Of a stretch of 64,000 nucleotides of DNA, positions 14,735 through 28,183 are shown one piece after another; the first letter of the stretch is position 1; the number at the start of each line of letters is the position of its first letter. The stretch lies in contig ADNK01001574.1 in the NCBI GenBank assembly GCA_000320545.1, positions 25,738-89,737 of the forward strand. The letters are read 5' to 3'. The position numbers and the translations under genes were made by a program. This DNA is from Bigelowiella natans CCMP2755. Its lineage: Eukaryota > Protista > Cercozoa. Below the pieces are notes generated by a model. That model had not been told where the DNA came from. It did no database searches and saw only the letters and a list, made by a program, of their open reading frames with translations.

Positions 14735-15216
14735 GCATGTCTATCATCTCACTCAATTGCTAGTCCCGCCCCGCTAAGGACGCTTCTGCATTCGACAACT
14801 CTGTCTTCATGATCTTAATCTGTTGGAAGGGAGGGGGAGAAAGAGAGGGAAAGAGAGAAGAAAGAGGAAACGAGGAAGAAACAAAATAAACAGCTTCTGC
14901 ATAGTAAATGCATAATGCTGCTTATCTTAAAACACGCTGTGCTTCACATAAATCACCGTACGTGACTCGTGACTTCAAGCGAAATCCTCTACACCAGCCA
15001 CCCCCCCCTCATCTCCATTTCCCGCACTTTTCGCGTCCAAATGTTGTACAAGCAGTGACACTCCATGGTATTCAGAGTGTATCAACAATACCATGCTAAC
15101 CACAAGTCCGCCACGCAACAATTCCACAACAACACTATCAGGTGGTGTTGAGCTGGTTAGATACCGTCTCTATCCAGGATCCGTGTATCGTGAAATCACA
15201 TGACTGACAATGCTCG

Positions 15217-16335
15217 TTACACTCGTTTGCTACGAAACCTGTGCCCGTTGTGTGGACATGGTGATGAGAAGTTTGTACTCTCCGCTGGGAAACAGTTGGA
15301 AGCAGCCTTTCTGGGCTTCATTCCCAACGCCGTAGTATTAGCTGCTTCTTCCCCGGTAGTCCGACTACAGCGCATCATCTTCTGATGCGTGATAGAAGAT
15401 GAACCGATCACAAACGAGCGAACCCCATGACTAAGGGACGATATGATATTGTTTCCTTTCAGAAAAGGTCCATCGCTCTCATTTATCTTGTCGTTTCCCG
15501 CTGTCTCGCTGCGTTGAGCAGACGTAGGTATCGGCAGGTGAGAACGCCCCCGAACACCATCTTTAGCGCCCGGGATGTAGCTAGCAGCTGTTTTGATGAT
15601 GCTGCTCTTACTGTTGCCCTTTTCCTTGAGAGCTAAAACAATGAGAATTCTGCTCCACGTACTACTCATCAGCTGTGTTAACGCAGAACAAAACACGTAC
15701 AACAGCACACTCTCACACACGGTCATATATTGCATGTATTTTTTGAATTGGAAAACAACAACTGAGAAAAGCTGAGAAAATTCCAATACATAGTAGTCGA
15801 TTCGATAGAAAAGTAGTACCTGACGACTCACTGAAATCACCGAAAACGACTCTGCCAGGTTTCCCAAAAGAGCATCTTTTAAATCTCGAAGCTCTGCTTT
15901 AGGGGGGGGGGTAGATGGGCGGACATGTAATACATATCTAGAGATGCTGCGGTGTAAGTGTGAATGGATTTGATCTTCATTCAGACGCTAACCGATTCCG
16001 CTGCATCTCGCGAGAAATTAGTTTGACTTCCGACACAAGAATTGGTGTATCTGTCTATTTCATCATCATCAGACCGATGTTTGGAGAAACAGCCGGAACC
16101 CAGAACACCAAACGGCCATTGGGCGTTAAGGAAGATCCTGTTATTAGTGCAAATGATTACAAATGATAAATAGGCTGTTGGCTATGGTAGGATATCATTG
16201 ACAAAACAATCACTATACAGCCGTTTAAGTAAATAGTACTTGCAAGATCGAGCAAGTGTTTCGATATCTCTCCGAACGATGCGTCGTGCTGAAGTTGATA
16301 AATATTCGCAAATTGTGTTTGATAATTGACATTAA

Positions 16336-16376
<41 letters not shown>

Positions 16377-16716
16377 ATCATAATACATAACATACACTAA
16401 TTTTATCTTTCCACGTGGTTAATCACCACCTTTCGATCTGACCCGTTAAAGCGTTCTACTAGCCTGAATGATACAGATTCAAAGTTAAATCTAAGAGTAT
16501 GTATGATCTCTTAAAAATACTATTATTTCTTTTGCCCTCAAGGTTCACTGCATACATATATAAAGACTGCGAGCACTACCGGATTCCTTCTCTGATGCCG
16601 TAGGGAGGGTCAGTGATAATGGCGTCAAAGACGGGCCGATTTCGTACAAAAGGCGGAGCGTGAATAGAACTTCTTACGATTCCACAGGGAAGGGAAACTC
16701 CTATTACGTGCAAGAG

Positions 16717-16764
<48 letters not shown>

Positions 16765-17239
16765 ATCTAATATTATAATGTGTATCTGGGGGGGGAAGGA
16801 GGGAGAGTTGGTTTCTATGAAAGATGTAGTAGTACCAAGTTCCTTAAAGTTCTCATCGAAGGAAGAATTCGTGAGCTTAGAAAGCTTACTACCTATATTT
16901 TCGAGCACAGGCAAACGCGCATAGATAGATAATACAAAAAAAGACATTAACAAGCATCATCACACGTGCCCAAATCACGTAGTAGAAACTAACAATAGCT
17001 CCAGCTTCTGAGAAGATACGTTGTCACCGATAACAACAAATTACTACCCGAGAAATATCCAATGATCCCTCCATTTACATCGGAGCCTATTCGCAGCAGG
17101 GGACTTGCGTGAATCATCGTGCTACTGCACCCTCGCACTTTCCACTAGGAATTGCTATCGCTCGTTAACTAGAGAGGCTATGAAATCTGCAGTTTCATTC
17201 TCAAATCCTCCATGCAACCATTAATTTACATCATATTAC

Positions 17240-17273
<34 letters not shown>

Positions 17274-17496
17274 TATCTGTATCTTAGTAGCAGTTGTATG
17301 AATCCATCACCGATGGTGTGCGCGCCAAGGTTTGCTGCAGCAAGGAGGAGGGATCCTGTTCCTTTGGTTTGAACAGTAGAAAAACATACACCAGTAACAC
17401 TAAATTTAGCAGCAGCAGCAGCATATAAATGCGATTAGGGGTCGATCACATGTCCAGGCACTTATCTGGTCAGAAAACTTCACACACAGACACACA

Positions 17497-17540
<44 letters not shown>

Positions 17541-19703
17541 GAGGGGTTGATCTCGATCCTGTGTAAAGAGATGTCCTGCTACGCTTCTTACCGCATTCTC
17601 ACTAGTTAGCATTGTATTTTATTTTTTCAAAAAGGAGAAAAATGAATTAAGCAAATCTGTCTAGTCAAAATCCTCTAACCTACGAAGGGGTCAAGTACTA
17701 GGGAGCCCCTCTTCACCTGGTGAGAAGAAGAAACAGAAGAAGAAGAAGAAGAAGAAGAAGAAGAAGAAGAATAGAATGGGAAAGGATATGAGATATACAG
17801 CGGAGGAGAGAGGGAGAGGGTTGCACCTTTGCGAAATTGCACATGATAAGAGCAAGCTCAGGATCCATCGTTGTTGGGCCTCTGTATCTACGGCTTTTCA
17901 CATCGAGAGCTCTGAGCTGAGAAGAGAGACGTCGATTCACTGCTATCTAAGGTTTGGAGAGAATAACAAGAAAGCATAGACAAACGTAGTAATGCCGCAG
18001 TAAGTCTCTTTCTGAGTTGTCCATACATGGTTAATTTAAGCACACCATAGCGAATGATAATGACCTGTCGCAAGAGGAAGAAACGAGGCGATTCGAATCC
18101 GTATGGTAAAGACTGCACGCCGCAATAGCTAACCACGAGATAAACCTGTTCTGGATGCTGGGCGATGGGGGGGGTGAGGGGGGGGGGGGGGGGGATATCA
18201 CACAAGTTGGTCTCTACTGAAAAAAGGTACGAGGCGAATCAACATAGGAAAGAAGCAAAGGTTCTTTTTTTGAGTGTCATTTTAAAAGTATACGCACTAC
18301 TACCAACCAATATCTCTATCTCCTTTCATAACGATATATTGGTGTCTTAATGTTGGCGAGGTAGTAATCTAACCATCATCATGCCATGAGTCAATCGCTG
18401 TAATTATATCATCTTTACCGTAAGATTTACCCTCCCCGTTGGGTTTAAGTAAGTATGAATGTGCTTCATAACACCATCTCTCTCCTGCAGGGGAGGGGAA
18501 AGATGGTGAGAAATTATTATTTGATTGGCATTCATGAAAGGAAGAGACGGATAGGGAATACCTGCTTAGACGTGAAGAGCTTTCTTCCAACGCTTGTTAG
18601 AGCAATCGAGAAAGTACGATTAGAGGAATGGCAAGCGTGAAAATTAGCACGCGTTTCATCATCTGAGAGGAGGGCTTGTATGTCCTCAGCTGGGCCTTAT
18701 CGATATATTATATCAGCATATATGCAGAGCATCGTTAGGTATGAGGAATCATTAAGGTCTTACGTACGAATGTAATGGGCTATCGTTAATAAGAGCTGGC
18801 ATCATACCTCCAAGGACCTCATAGAAGCCTTTTATTAAGACCGACGATTCACAAGCCTGAGATGGTGTATACGTTAGTCAGACAACCAGTACGGAAGGAC
18901 GTAGTTTGCATAGTTATTCATTAAAAAAATAAAGCACCTTTTTGCTAACTCATCAGTTTTCACTCTAAGAAGTGCATTTCTTCAGGAATAATACGAGAGG
19001 GGCGGCGTATTACATCGTGTTACATATAATATGGTGTAGTACTCTTAGAACCTCTCGAAGGATATTGTCTTTAAGTATGCTTTCCCCAGGATTGCCACGG
19101 TCGCCAATCCACCTGTAGTCGGTGAAAATGACCACGAAGAAAATGAAGAGAAGAATGGTGAATAGTAAGGCTTTCTAATCGTAAGGCTCTTTAATCGAGC
19201 TGGCATTGGAGTTTAATAGCAATCAATTTTTCTTTTGTTGCGGAATCTAATTTTCTCGGCAAATATTGGAATTCACCATAAGGGAGAGTATTGGTCGTTA
19301 TCCAGCACAGGGCGCAGGAAATCATTCCTTATTGATATTGTCCGAAATATATTATATCAATTAAGCTTCTTCCGATCAATTGTAATAATATGGGAGATGT
19401 TTGTACTACGATAACGGGGGGGGTGATACCAACAGTAGCCATAATGACAATGGCAACAATAGTGATGACAATAGCAAAGCATATCGGAATAAAATTGAAG
19501 ATCACATTCGAAAACTTTTCGGAAGACAACTTACGCATTCATACCCAATGTTGTATCCTTCGAGAAGAGTCTTCGTTTCATCCTCCCGAAAATCCAGATA
19601 TTGGTGCCGATACCAGCAGAGCAATGCTGAGGGGGAGACATCATGTGCATCATCCGTGTAAGTCCGAGCACATCTTCGAGTTGAATATATGATGAACACT
19701 CAT
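15217..19703 (-). CDS. TRMT11: tRNA (guanine-10-N2)-methyltransferase TRM11, multi-exon
   Basis: N-terminal LLCWYRHQYLDFREDE; RRYRGPTTMDPELALIMCNFAK; SAM-binding VLDPFVG/TGSLLLAAA; DAIITDPPYGIREG; C-terminal WSRILIVL. Confidence 0.92.
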
Positions 19704-20410
19704 GTCGCACTCCCTTATTCGCCAATTTTGGCCCCACAGATGAGAGGATAGGGGGGAAAGGAGAGGGAGGGGGAAATCCGCAAGATATTCGCACATGCTG
19801 TGATCTGCATGCATTGTTAATGTTCAATTTGAGCTGCGTTGGTTGCAGTCCTCCATTATTTCTGCAGGCCAGGCGGCTTGTTCCATCATTTCCTATTCTT
19901 CCGGACGCAACCTCATCAGATGTTTCGGGCTTCAAATATTGCCCAATTTTTTCTGAACATTCTCATGAGATTCCCAATTTCAAACTGCATTCAAATTTGA
20001 CATGCGACCGTTGACTTCAGCGTGTCACCATGTTGAACGCAAAGTGCAGTAAATTACTGCTCTGCGACAATGAAAGTACGAAATAACACCCGGAGATTCT
20101 CTCGAGATGGTATAGGAATCACAACGGGTCACACATCCGATACGAGTACCGGAAAATAATCTCTATTGTTGTTATCATACTGTTGTGCTGCCGATCATGT
20201 CGTCAGCTGAGTGTTAGATTGGGAATAGTAATATCTCTTGTCATAGTACATATTTTACAACAACGGAGAATATCCTATTTTTTTTGACAGAATAGAGACG
20301 TTACACATATCTCAAAAGGGGCTAACGGAAGAATGAAGCCCCCACACCCTCCACGCAGTTCCTACTAAAAAGATCGTCGAGAGGGGAGGACTTGGCTGTA
20401 AAGCTTGACA

Positions 20411-22903
20411 ATGAGTCAGCTTAGCCGAAGAAACACTGGACTAAATGATTCTTCATATTACAACAATCTTGGTACCTCTCGCTTTTCTCCTTCCATCTAT
20501 CTATCATTCCCCCATTGACTCCCAATTTGGAAACTCAATTTCTTCCAGACTTAAAGCAGAGTTCAAGGACCAAGGAGGATGATATCATTGTGAACCAGCA
20601 CCAAACGATATTTCACACGCTTCGAGAGCACGGGAAGCTGTTCAGCATCATTTTCGACAATTGGTTTCAGTTTGTAGCACTGTTGCTTACGATTAGCGGA
20701 GTAATAGTGAGCATGACTCTTATCATCAACTACTCCGTATCTGATTATTTACATCGGAATAACAATCCCACGACTGCGTTCGAGAGGCTCTTCATCAAGG
20801 AGCAAGAAGATTTCGGATTCTTGCTTTGCATGCGTATGATATTCTAGATAGATTTGGCAAACAAATTCTCAGTCTTCCGTGCATTCTTTTTACACTATGG
20901 CACTCTCACCCTTCTGCCTGTCGTGCGCGAGTTTAACCTTTAAAGTATCCTGCAAAGCCATTTCTGCCGCCGCTTCGCCGCCAATCTACTTCAAATGCAC
21001 AATCTCTATTCTAATATTAATACAACCTTGCAATCACCATTTCCTTTATCTTTTAGGAAAGCAAGATCAAGAAGGGAATACCTGTCCGGATGAAAATTTT
21101 GCGTTTCGTACAAAGTCAATATTCAATGTGACGCGTGAAGACTTCGACCATACATTACCGGTGGACATCGATACGTGGCCATTGTCTATTGGGGTAAGTG
21201 ACTTACTAGTGCAGTAGCCAGGCGCTTACAAATACATTCCATACATAAAAAGAGGTGGAGACAGCATAGAGCGAGGGACACGGAGACAAGAATCAAACAA
21301 TATTGCACCCTTTAACGATAACATAACATGAAAACTCAAGAAGTACCGTGTTTTTCTTCATCTAGACGGTGCCAGATGCGTACGTCGCACTTATGAAGAA
21401 ATGCTGGCAAATAGAGCCTTTTCATTGCAACTCATCAACGATTAATTGTGCTCTGAATCGGAATTTCGATGTGGTTAACAAGATACCAGAATACGTCACT
21501 TTCCGGTAAATTTGCTCTCCCCCGCCACCTCTTCTGTCTCTTTCTCCCCTCCTCCCCTTCCACTTGACCTATCTCTACCTAAGAACCAAGGTCTTACATG
21601 ATTTTTTATTCATACTAACTATCTCGTTGTCAATCGTTCGAAAGTCAGAGTGTGACTACTGTTTATACCAAAAACTACAGAGAATGGAAATTTTGATGAA
21701 TTTTCTATGATAAATTTCCTTTATCGTCAACAGTACACGGAAGCGTGTATTTGTGTGTGTGTGTGTGTGTTTGTGTGTGTTTGTGTGTCTATATTATCGT
21801 GTTTGGTGGTGAATTCCCTTTGTGCAGGTTCAGCTGGGGCACACGAGAATTCATGCGTGATTCGACGTGCACGCGCCTGTACATCGTCGGCTACCACACT
21901 AGCAACAAGGTTTTTGTTGCTGTTGTTGTTGTTGTTGTTGTTGTTATACGTGTAGTGGGAAATCTTCCATTCTTTCCAGCACACCGACGATTTCATTCCT
22001 GTGCATTGTATACATGCTGTTCGTCGGCATGAGAATAGGAGGAGGTGCCTTGTTCGCTGCTCGTTTTTGCGTATCATGAGTGTCTTTAGAAGCAGGAAGC
22101 AGAGTTTTTGACGACGCTCGGAAATCATACAAAACGCACTATATTTTTCATTATTTTCCCCCGTAAAAATCGGAGTATGCGCCACACCATTGATATACCA
22201 AACCCATCTTCACAGAACATAGAGCTAAACGACGCTATCTCGACTGCCACGCCTATTTATGGGTGAGACCTGTGTGACTTCAACGCCGCGTGTTTTCCAT
22301 TCCAATCCTCCTAACTCATATCACACTCATTAGGTACAACCAAGTGCTGGAAGTGCAGGCGCATTTCTCCAAATTCGTGAGGTTGAATGGTGAGGAGGAC
22401 AATCGAGTCGAAGTCCATACTTACCAGGGCAATCCCGTGGCTATCAACGACACTTGGGTGGGGGAGAGGCAGTATCTGGCTGATACGCCGGTGGCAACAC
22501 TTGACCTCTACATGCTTAGCCCTGTCGGTATGCTATGGTTTATTGATGTTTCAAAGGAGCAAAGCACCTTCGACTACAAAACAGCGCTAGCTGCTGTTCT
22601 CTCAGTCGCCGGGTTCGTGTGATATTGTGTGTGCGTGACGACGCTACTTATTCACATGAATAACATCATTTTAGGTTTTTGAACATCGTCGCCAAATGCT
22701 TCTGGAAGAAGGACAGGAGTGGATTTTGGCTCTTCAGATATGGACACAGAAACAGAACACTTGAGAAAAGCTATCGGCGACGGCACTTCAGGGTTTTGAA
22801 TGACGATGAATTGCTTGACGAAGATAATAGTGGCAAACTCCATTTCAACCGCGGTGATAGTATTTCTATGACAACTAGTATTGCAGGCTCAGCTATACAA
22901 TAG
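20411..22903 (+). CDS. Two-TM protein with large extracellular loop (~420 aa, 8 exons); candidate PAC/TMEM206-like ion channel
   Basis: Phase-compatible exons at about 20411-20471, 20549-20833, 21057-21193, 21366-21505, 21829-21909, 22217-22262, 22333-22612 and 22675-22903. TM1 WFQFVALLLTISGVIVSMTLIINYSV, TM2 TALAAVLSVAGFLNIVAKCFW. The gene is well supported; the family call is inference. Confidence 0.6.
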
Positions 22904-22929
22904 CCAACAGTACTTTAGTAGTAAATCAA

Positions 22930-23880
22930 GTGATCGAAATGTGATGGCATCATGTATATCTCGACCACACATGTATCATTACCCACGTACATGCAAGCAA
23001 GCATGTGTGCAATCATTTTTCCAAAGCCAAGCATGGCCTAGACGGAGTGTGTGGCATGGAATCTGACTTTTGGCGGTGATGATGAATGCATAGCTAAGTG
23101 ACAATTTAAAAGCAGCACAGGCCAGCAGCTATCTAACGTATACGCACGTCTAGAGGCCACCGAATGCATACAACATCTAACATGATGAAGCAATATGTAT
23201 CGTAGTGTGCAGTGCGAAACAACCGCATTTGTCAAACGCGGTGTGTGTGTGGTTTTAGTGCGCTAAATTGAATCTGGATCCCATCATTGCGACCAGTGCA
23301 ATTACTTTGACTCGCAGCTGCGATGATGGGCTAGTTGCCAAGATCAGCATGTACATGTAATGACTATTCTTGGGGGGAAAATGAAAAAAATGAGGAATTG
23401 TTCTTTCAGAAGCCATGCTGTGCATTATTGTGATTGGAGTTGTGTTGCTTCCATGCATGTTGACACAATGAACAATGTGAACTTGCATCGCATAGGCCCG
23501 CAACACTCGGCTCGCTGCGTTGCACGTTATGTCATCGCAACATTGAGATGGCGCACTAAAAAAGTCGAGATGAGGGGCTACTAGCTAGCCCGATAATGAC
23601 GCGTCTTCCAAGCATGCATGCTGAGCGCTGCAGCCGGCGACTACCGACTTCATGTTGCAGTGAACCACACACACTATGCAGTGCATGGCATCATTCATCA
23701 ATGCACCAACAAGTAGCAGATTTTGCACAGCTGTCAAAGCGCCCATCACGAGGATGCTGAACATGCTGCATTTTTGCACGGTCATTCGCGCATTAGCACA
23801 AAAATCGAGAAAAAAAAGCAGGTGCTGCATGATCTTGATCTTGATTAAACGAGTTCTGCTGATGTATCATTAGCTTGAGA
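22930..23880. other. Palindromic-tetramer-rich intergenic zone 3 (convergent 3' ends)
   Basis: Rich in CATG/TGCA/CTAG, e.g. gcatgcatgc, ctactagctagc, catgtacatg. Confidence 0.65.
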
Positions 23881-23915
23881 TTTATCTGTTACACGTACAA
23901 CTGTAACTTTGATGT

Positions 23916-24403
23916 CTATTTCGACTTAAGGGCCTTAATCTCAGCCTTAAGCCTAGCAATCTCCTCGTCCCTTTCCTCAAGAGCCTTGCTATTGCTTTCG
24001 CTGTTCTTATCAGCGCTATTCTTTACCATTTTGACCCTCGTAGCATAGTTGAGAGCGTTTATCGTCTCGTCCGTGTTATATCTGTAACAACGAGGAGTAA
24101 TGATAAGGAGCGAACGTGAATGGTGGACTAATCCCTATGGTAAACGGGAAGGGTGTTCTGTTGCTTCTACGCTGCAATTTGGTATCGAGTGATTGTTTCT
24201 TACCCTGACGGCGAGACATTGACAAACATAAGCGTCTTAGCATTCCCTCCAAGGGAGTCGGACATTAAGTTCGTCAGAACGTGCGATCTGCAGCAAATTG
24301 CTCGACTTAGTGCGGAAAGGAGAGATTGATGGTAAGAAGCCTAATGAGCATCAGCTAGTGTAGGTGTAAACAAGCGCGCGCGCACACACATATACTCACA
24401 CCC

Positions 24404-24447
<44 letters not shown>

Positions 24448-25344
24448 GAGAGGGGATAGTGCATCTGAAGTAGCACCGAACCGAATAACTGACCTATATG
24501 GCACATGCTTCGATCCAGATGACAGCGCTGCAATGACGTTGCCTTTTGTTCCCCAACCCCGTCCCAAATGTATCAAAAAAATAAAGAAATCATTCGTACT
24601 CCCTCGTAATGCAGCAAATCTCGATAACTTTTTTCTCGTAAAATCACTATTTCCCTCCAAAACTGGCAAGGTTCTGGTTGGGGTATATTTAGATATGTGG
24701 TGATTGCATTTGTTGTCTTCAGTGATATTACCAAGAGCTGAAAGGGATTGGTTGATGCTCTGAGCTTCTTTCATCTGTTCCGCTGTCGCGCCTAAATGTC
24801 CAAAATGCAGTAATATATGGCTACGCATTCATTTAAAATCCTAATGTTAAAGAGCAGCATACAAGATGCTTGCGCCGCTCACACGAAATGGGGTCATTAG
24901 CATTACTGTTCGCTCGCAAAACCTACAACGCTGCTTGTCGCTAGTACCTGTTTTGGAAGCGCGCTCACAGCCTGCAAGGTCTACGAGTGATAGCTTGCCG
25001 AACGTCGCTTTCCCTGCACACCATAGATGCATTAGACAAACGTTTATAACGACGAAAATGTCAAATTGTTTCAAGATTCTTCCTCTAAAGGAGCAGAGCA
25101 GTCCAGGAGCGAGATATGGCAATGAAGCACATGGTTGATAGTTATCAAACCTTTCTTCCCTTGTTTCTTTATTAGAACTGACAGGATCAGGTGTGACCTA
25201 GAGCTACCAGCATTCATCAACGTTGAAGATACCTATAAATGCCGAGGGTGACAAAAGAAAGAGATAAACTCAAAGCCCCTCGCAGGGTTTATTCTAATAA
25301 AGTTAAAAAGTAGTCCTGGATTTTAAATCAACAGGACCGAGATT

Positions 25345-25380
<36 letters not shown>

Positions 25381-25934
25381 TGTTCCAATTCGCTGCTATT
25401 CGGTAGTAGTGGTGTGCTGCGCTGATGATACTTGCCTTTCTATTTTCGTTTCCTTGCTGCATAATTGCAAAGAGATCCTTCTCTTTTGGTGCCAGCTTGA
25501 TCTCAGCACCTCGTACCTGTGAGGAAGACGCCATTGTAATGATGATGATGATGATTAGGATAATGATCATGTCAGCTGTTCTTACTTCTACAATGCCTCG
25601 TCGATCTTTGGTCACCTTCAGCTTATTTTTACCACGGTTCTTCTCATCGCAGAGCAAATCCTGCGAAAACACATCTTTATCAAAGAACTTACCATATATC
25701 AATATATAAAAATGTAAGTATATATGTATATATAACAATCAGGGATTCTATACACGCGCAGATGCAAGACAAGGGTAAGTACCTGCAGTTTCGCCTTGTA
25801 AAGCTCCACCATGTAACAGCTGACTTCTACTTTTCCTGAAGAAAGAACATTTTAATTTAATAAATGAGAAAATTATAGTAATCGTAGTGATGTGATGAAA
25901 ATATTTCAAATCAGCGACTCACCACGCATAGTTT

Positions 25935-26010
<76 letters not shown>

Positions 26011-27400
26011 AATCACCAGTCTGTCTTCCCTTTTCAACGAGTTTATAGAGCGATTGTATCGCTCTTGGAGCAACACCAGGGTTTTCGTCCGAACCGTACC
26101 TAAAACGGCGATTTCAGTACGAAGTCAAATAAGCATGGTAGTAGTAGTATTAGTCGTAGTAGTAGTAGTTGTTGTCCAAGAGGGAAACAGATTATGACAC
26201 GCCTTAACCATCAAATGGTGGGTGTTCTTCATCAACGCTATCCCACTTGTAAGAGACTTCATTGAATGGATGCAGTGCTGCGGCTGTTATCGCACGCTAA
26301 TACTCACATTGTGTACGTCTTTCCGGTCCCTGTTTGGCCGTAGGCAAAAATGCACACGTTATACCTGCATGTTGAACAGACAAAAATCAATCGCAAATGA
26401 GCGTCACTGGCTCTTTCGGGCACATCAGGAAGCGACATCTCTCATCTACTCTTCTACTCTCTCTCTCTCTCTCTCTCTCTCCCTCTCTCTCCTCTCCCTC
26501 CCCCCCCCTCTCTCCCTCTTTCCCTCTCCACAACAAGAGATGTTGATTACGATTGAACTCAAGTTGTTTTGGAAGATTCGTTCGTTAGCTTTTATGTTCC
26601 CTACCCGTCATACGCCGATTGAATAAGATGTGATGTGTTCGCATAGACTTGTTGTTGCGTGCTCGAGGGCCCATACACCTCATCGTAGCTGAACGTTTTC
26701 TCTCTATCTCTCCTACGGTACAATGGTAGATGATAAGGCAAGTACGATAGAGACCAAGATCAACACGCGGCGGAGGGGAGGGGAGAGGGTTATAATTAGA
26801 CAACATACCCCGTGTCTTTGACTACGGAAATTGTGTATTTATCCGACGGGGTGGCGCTAATCGAATCTTTTCTCTTTTTCTCACTTCCACTGAGAGGCCG
26901 AATCCTGCAGGCATTCATTCCCCCACGAGTGCAGAACAAACGTTAACTTTCACCCAGACAGTATGCATTTTTTATTGTTAGGATTATGATCGAAACCACA
27001 TATATTAGTATTTATGGTACCAGCCACCCTATTTTTAGTTTGGCTGGAGGGGGGGGGGAGAAGGAAAATGAAGAGCTTTTGACCTGCAATACACGCGGAT
27101 TTTGCCCTTCATATCTTCTAGGATGTTGTGGTAGCGAATACGCTTTTCTCTTTCCTCAACGTACCTACAAATGTCTCAAGCATCTTCATACTGCTGATGA
27201 CGATGGTGGTGGTGGTGGTGGTGATGATGGCTATGATTTGGTTTTTTAAACACTCACAAACCATCAGTGGAATTTGCAGTATATGTGAAAACACCGACAA
27301 CTTTGATGGGCGATTCACCCATAGATATCATGGGAACAAAACCTCACTCAAGAAGTTTTGGTCCGCATTACTGCCTTCTATGAATTTATATAACATTAAC

Positions 27401-27445
<45 letters not shown>

Positions 27446-28112
27446 AATATTTCTCGAAATGTTGCCTACGTTTCGCGAGTCAAATCTACTTGCTCCTGGC
27501 ATTGCTTCACCCTTCCCTCGAGAATTTTCTTCATTTCTTTTGCCCGTTTGACTTCTTCTCGGAGTTTATCCACATGCTTGCTTGCGCCTTCTGCCATTGT
27601 GACCTGGTATGATGGAGATATGGGAAAGAAAGTGAAAGTCTTCTCTGACGACGTGTCATCCATAAATTTTGCCACTGCTGCAATTACCTTGGCGGCTAAC
27701 TTCTCGTTCTTTGCCGCTAGATCCGAGATTTCCTTCTTAAGGAGGCGATTCTGCTCCTTAGAGTCTTTTGTAAGCGTCTCAAGCATCTTGTGTTCTCTCT
27801 GTGCGTCGGCCTGCAGCTTGTCCATCTTCATCTGCATGATCTTGCGCTCTTCTTCGAATTCATGGGTCTTTGCAGCAATAGCCGCTGCGGACTCCGATTC
27901 ATTGTTTTCCTGTGAAGTGCTGGCGTTTTTGAGCTGCCCTTCTAAAATCGCCACGCGTTTTGCCCACTTGGCCTCGATTGCCTTCTCATACTCTTTGATA
28001 TAGCTTTCCTGCTGCTCCTTTGATTTTGCCAATGCGTCACTGACCGTCTTATTTGTTGCCTAAGGGAAATTGGTATGTGAGTTTATCTCTCCACATGGAT
28101 ATTTCTGCTCTG

Positions 28113-28183
<71 letters not shown>

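Noticed and set aside
19329-20014. Cluster of overlapping short ORFs suggesting a separate gene
   Set aside because: Largely explained by the first exons and introns of TRMT11 (LLCWYRHQYLDFRE) and its promoter region.
26550-26602. In-frame TAA in a kinesin-like stretch (KS*RTNLPKQLEFN), suggesting stop-codon recoding
   Set aside because: The stretch is intronic. The real exon (about 26607-26713, KTFSYDEVYGP...LIQSAYDG) has no stop, so there is no evidence for an alternative code.
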